Source: Squalus acanthias
Lineage: Eukaryota
Direction: 5' to 3'
Assembly (NCBI GenBank): GCA_030390025.1
Contig: CM059446.1
Span: 41,850,001 to 41,914,000 of the forward strand
Length of the DNA: 64,000 bases
The notes beneath the pieces are model-generated. The model made no database searches. It was not told the DNA's origin and worked only from the letters and a program-made list of their open reading frames with translations. Position numbers and translations under genes: made by a program. Positions 61,586 to 64,000 of the stretch are shown in pieces (positions within the stretch are counted from its first letter, which is position 1; every line of letters starts with the position of its first letter).

Positions 61586-62018
61586 TCAACCGTGGCTCAG
61601 TGGGTAGCACTAAGTCAGAAGGTTCTGGGTTCAAGTCCCACTCCAAAAGACATGAGCAGAAAAATCTAGACTGACACTCCAGTGCAGTACTGAGGGAGTG
61701 CTGCATTGTCGGAGGTGCCGTCTTTCAGATGAGACGTTAAACCATCTGATCTCTCAGGTGGATGTAAAAGATCCCATAGCACTATTTTGAAGAAGAGCAG
61801 GGGCGTTATCCCCGGTGTCCTGGGGCCAATATTTATCCCTCAATCAACATCACTGAGACAGATTATCTGGTCGTTACCACATTGCTGTTTGTGGGATCTT
61901 GCTGTGTGCAAATTGGCTGCTGCATTTCCTGCATTACAACAGTGACAATACTTCAAAAGTACTTCCTTGGCTGTAAATCGCTTTAGGACATCCTGAGACT
62001 GTGAAAGGCTTTCTTTCT
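61586..62018 (+). mobile_element. DeuSINE (SacSINE1-like)
   Basis: Colinear with the 59237-59697 copy. Confidence 0.85.
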
Positions 62019-62444
62019 ACCAGAAGTGTGTCTTGTTTGACAGACTGTGTTGACACTTTTTGAGTTCACAGTTGGGCTGCGGTTTGGAGTGTCACATGGA
62101 AGTCAAATATTAGTTTGAAAGGAAGATTACACTGATGGCTCCAGACTTTGACGATTGAGCTAGGAGGAGAGGATAATGGTTTAATCACTTCTCATTGGAA
62201 AATAAAAATGAAAGATGACATAATCCAAGTTTTAAAAATCTAGGAAGGAATAATTTGGGTGGCTATAGAGAGGTACAAACCAGGAAAAGAAAACCTAGAG
62301 TTAAGAATACAAGCAAAGGAAGTCATGGTTTACTGAACATCATTTCAATAATAACCTTTCTAAACTTCAAATTCACTTGCGGAGAAGAGAAGAGGCAGTC
62401 AAGCTTTCAACACTCGAGCACTGATATTAAAAAAAAATCTGCAG

Positions 62445-62892
62445 AAAAGATTTACTAGAATGGTAGCAGGGATGAGGGACTTCTGTTCTGTGGAGAGAAC
62501 CTGGGGTTGTTCTTCTTCCAGCTGAGAAGGTCAAGAGGAGATTTGATAGAGGTGGTTTTGATGGAGTAAATCAGGAGAATCTGTTTCAGTGGCAGAAGGG
62601 TCGGTAACCAGAGAACACAGATTTAAGGTGATTGGCAAATGAACCAGAGGAAATATTTTTTTACACAGCGAGTTGTTGTGATCTGGAAATGCGCTGCCTG
62701 AAAGGGCGGTGGAAGCAGATTCAATAGTAACATTCAAAAGAGAATTGGATAAATACTTGGAGGGAAAAAATTTACAGGGCTATGGGAAAAGAGCAGGGGG
62801 AGTGGGATTAATTGGATAGCTCGACCAAAGAGCCGGCACAGGCACGATGGGCCGAATGACCTCCTTCTGTGCTGTGTCATTCTATGATTCTC
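62445..62892 (+). mobile_element. CR1 3' fragment
   Basis: Colinear with 12095-12470; tail cattctatgattct. Confidence 0.8.
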
Positions 62893-63904
62893 GAGTGTTC
62901 AGGTCCTTTTACATTCCAGCTCCAGTCCAGGGAAAGTGACACCAAAAGTGGGTTTCTGCTGTCAGCTCTGCAAATGTTTAGGAATGGACTGCCTACAGAG
63001 CAACAACCTCGCAGCTACTCTTCAACTCCGCACCAATCATTTTGAAAGCAGATGTGTGGCTCACGCTGGCCCTCGAGAATCCATAAAGCAGAGACAGCAG
63101 CTCAGTGCCAACTCGCACGCTATACCCGGGGTCCCTGACTCCAGAAAGGGGACGCTTCAGCGCAGCACTCACAATTAAAAGACTCGCGTGCCACACAATC
63201 CCACGGATATATTTCAACTTCACTCGCCTCTATTCCAAAGAGAACTCACTTTATATCAAACTGGGGCAGCAGAATAGCAGCGGTGGAGTGTCCTACTGCT
63301 AGCTGTTGGAATATTCGCACAGAAATTGGACACATTCCCAATACAACAGAGTTGAGTGACTGGAGCATTGCAGCAGATCGCAGGGAGAGTGGCGATGATC
63401 GGCTGCCCTGGGTAGACTTAATGAGCTTTTCTTGTTTCTACCATCTCATGTTCTTATGTTAGCCTGAATAACTGAAGAGATGGCTTAACGCCTTGTCGTC
63501 CATCTGCACCTAGAGATCTCTCAATCTATTTATATCTTTCCTATAGTTGAACTCAATCTTGATTATTTTTGGAGCTCATCTTGTTTTGCTGTTAAGCATC
63601 TACACAGATGTACAGGATTCTCTCTCATTGGGTATATTTTCCCCTGTGTGCACAGTTAAACAGAAAAATCTTTTCTATTATAAATCATTGGCTATGTATC
63701 TATCTATAAATGCAAAATATAACCAAATCTGCAACAATGTTATATATCAGCATTATACCGAGTCTGCAACAATCTAATTAGAACTATTCGGATACGGATT
63801 TTTTGCTTGCTGGCTACGTAGCGAGATATATTGAACATGATTTATTATTATTTGCTGCATTTGTTTAATCTTCAGGTGAAGCTGTCTCATTATTTTCATG
63901 GTAA

Positions 63905-64000
63905 AAGAAAGACTTACATTTCTATAGCGCCTTTCATGACCACCAGACGTCCCAAAGCGCTTTACAGCCAATGAAGTACTATTTTGAAGTGTAGTCACTG
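63905..64000 (-). mobile_element. DeuSINE 3' end, runs off the window
   Basis: Matches 59237-59332. Confidence 0.75.

Overview
Repeat-dense, gene-poor eukaryotic DNA, almost certainly from a shark or other chondrichthyan. It carries an HE1-type V-SINE, many SacSINE1-like DeuSINEs, and CR1 and L2 LINEs. I cannot identify a host protein-coding exon with confidence. The only long intact ORF (ATG 14777-17455) belongs to a very young Penelope-like retroelement (RT + Cys-rich linker + GIY-YIG, Neptune-type). It is laid out as inverted copy / pLTR / ORF / pLTR between 14-bp target-site duplications, and each repeat carries a minimal hammerhead ribozyme. The same architecture recurs in two small non-coding fold-back insertions with 13-15 bp TSDs, and I count eight intact hammerhead cores from two PLE families. 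Also present: a GC-rich, RT-deleted CsRN1-clade Ty3/gypsy element with a tRNA-Trp PBS; two copies of a Harbinger-like derivative with a Myb/SANT remnant; several MITE families; a G/C-skewed minisatellite; and a TTAA-bounded inverted repeat pair 3 kb apart. Family names come from motif recognition, not database searches, and boundaries of older repeats are approximate.
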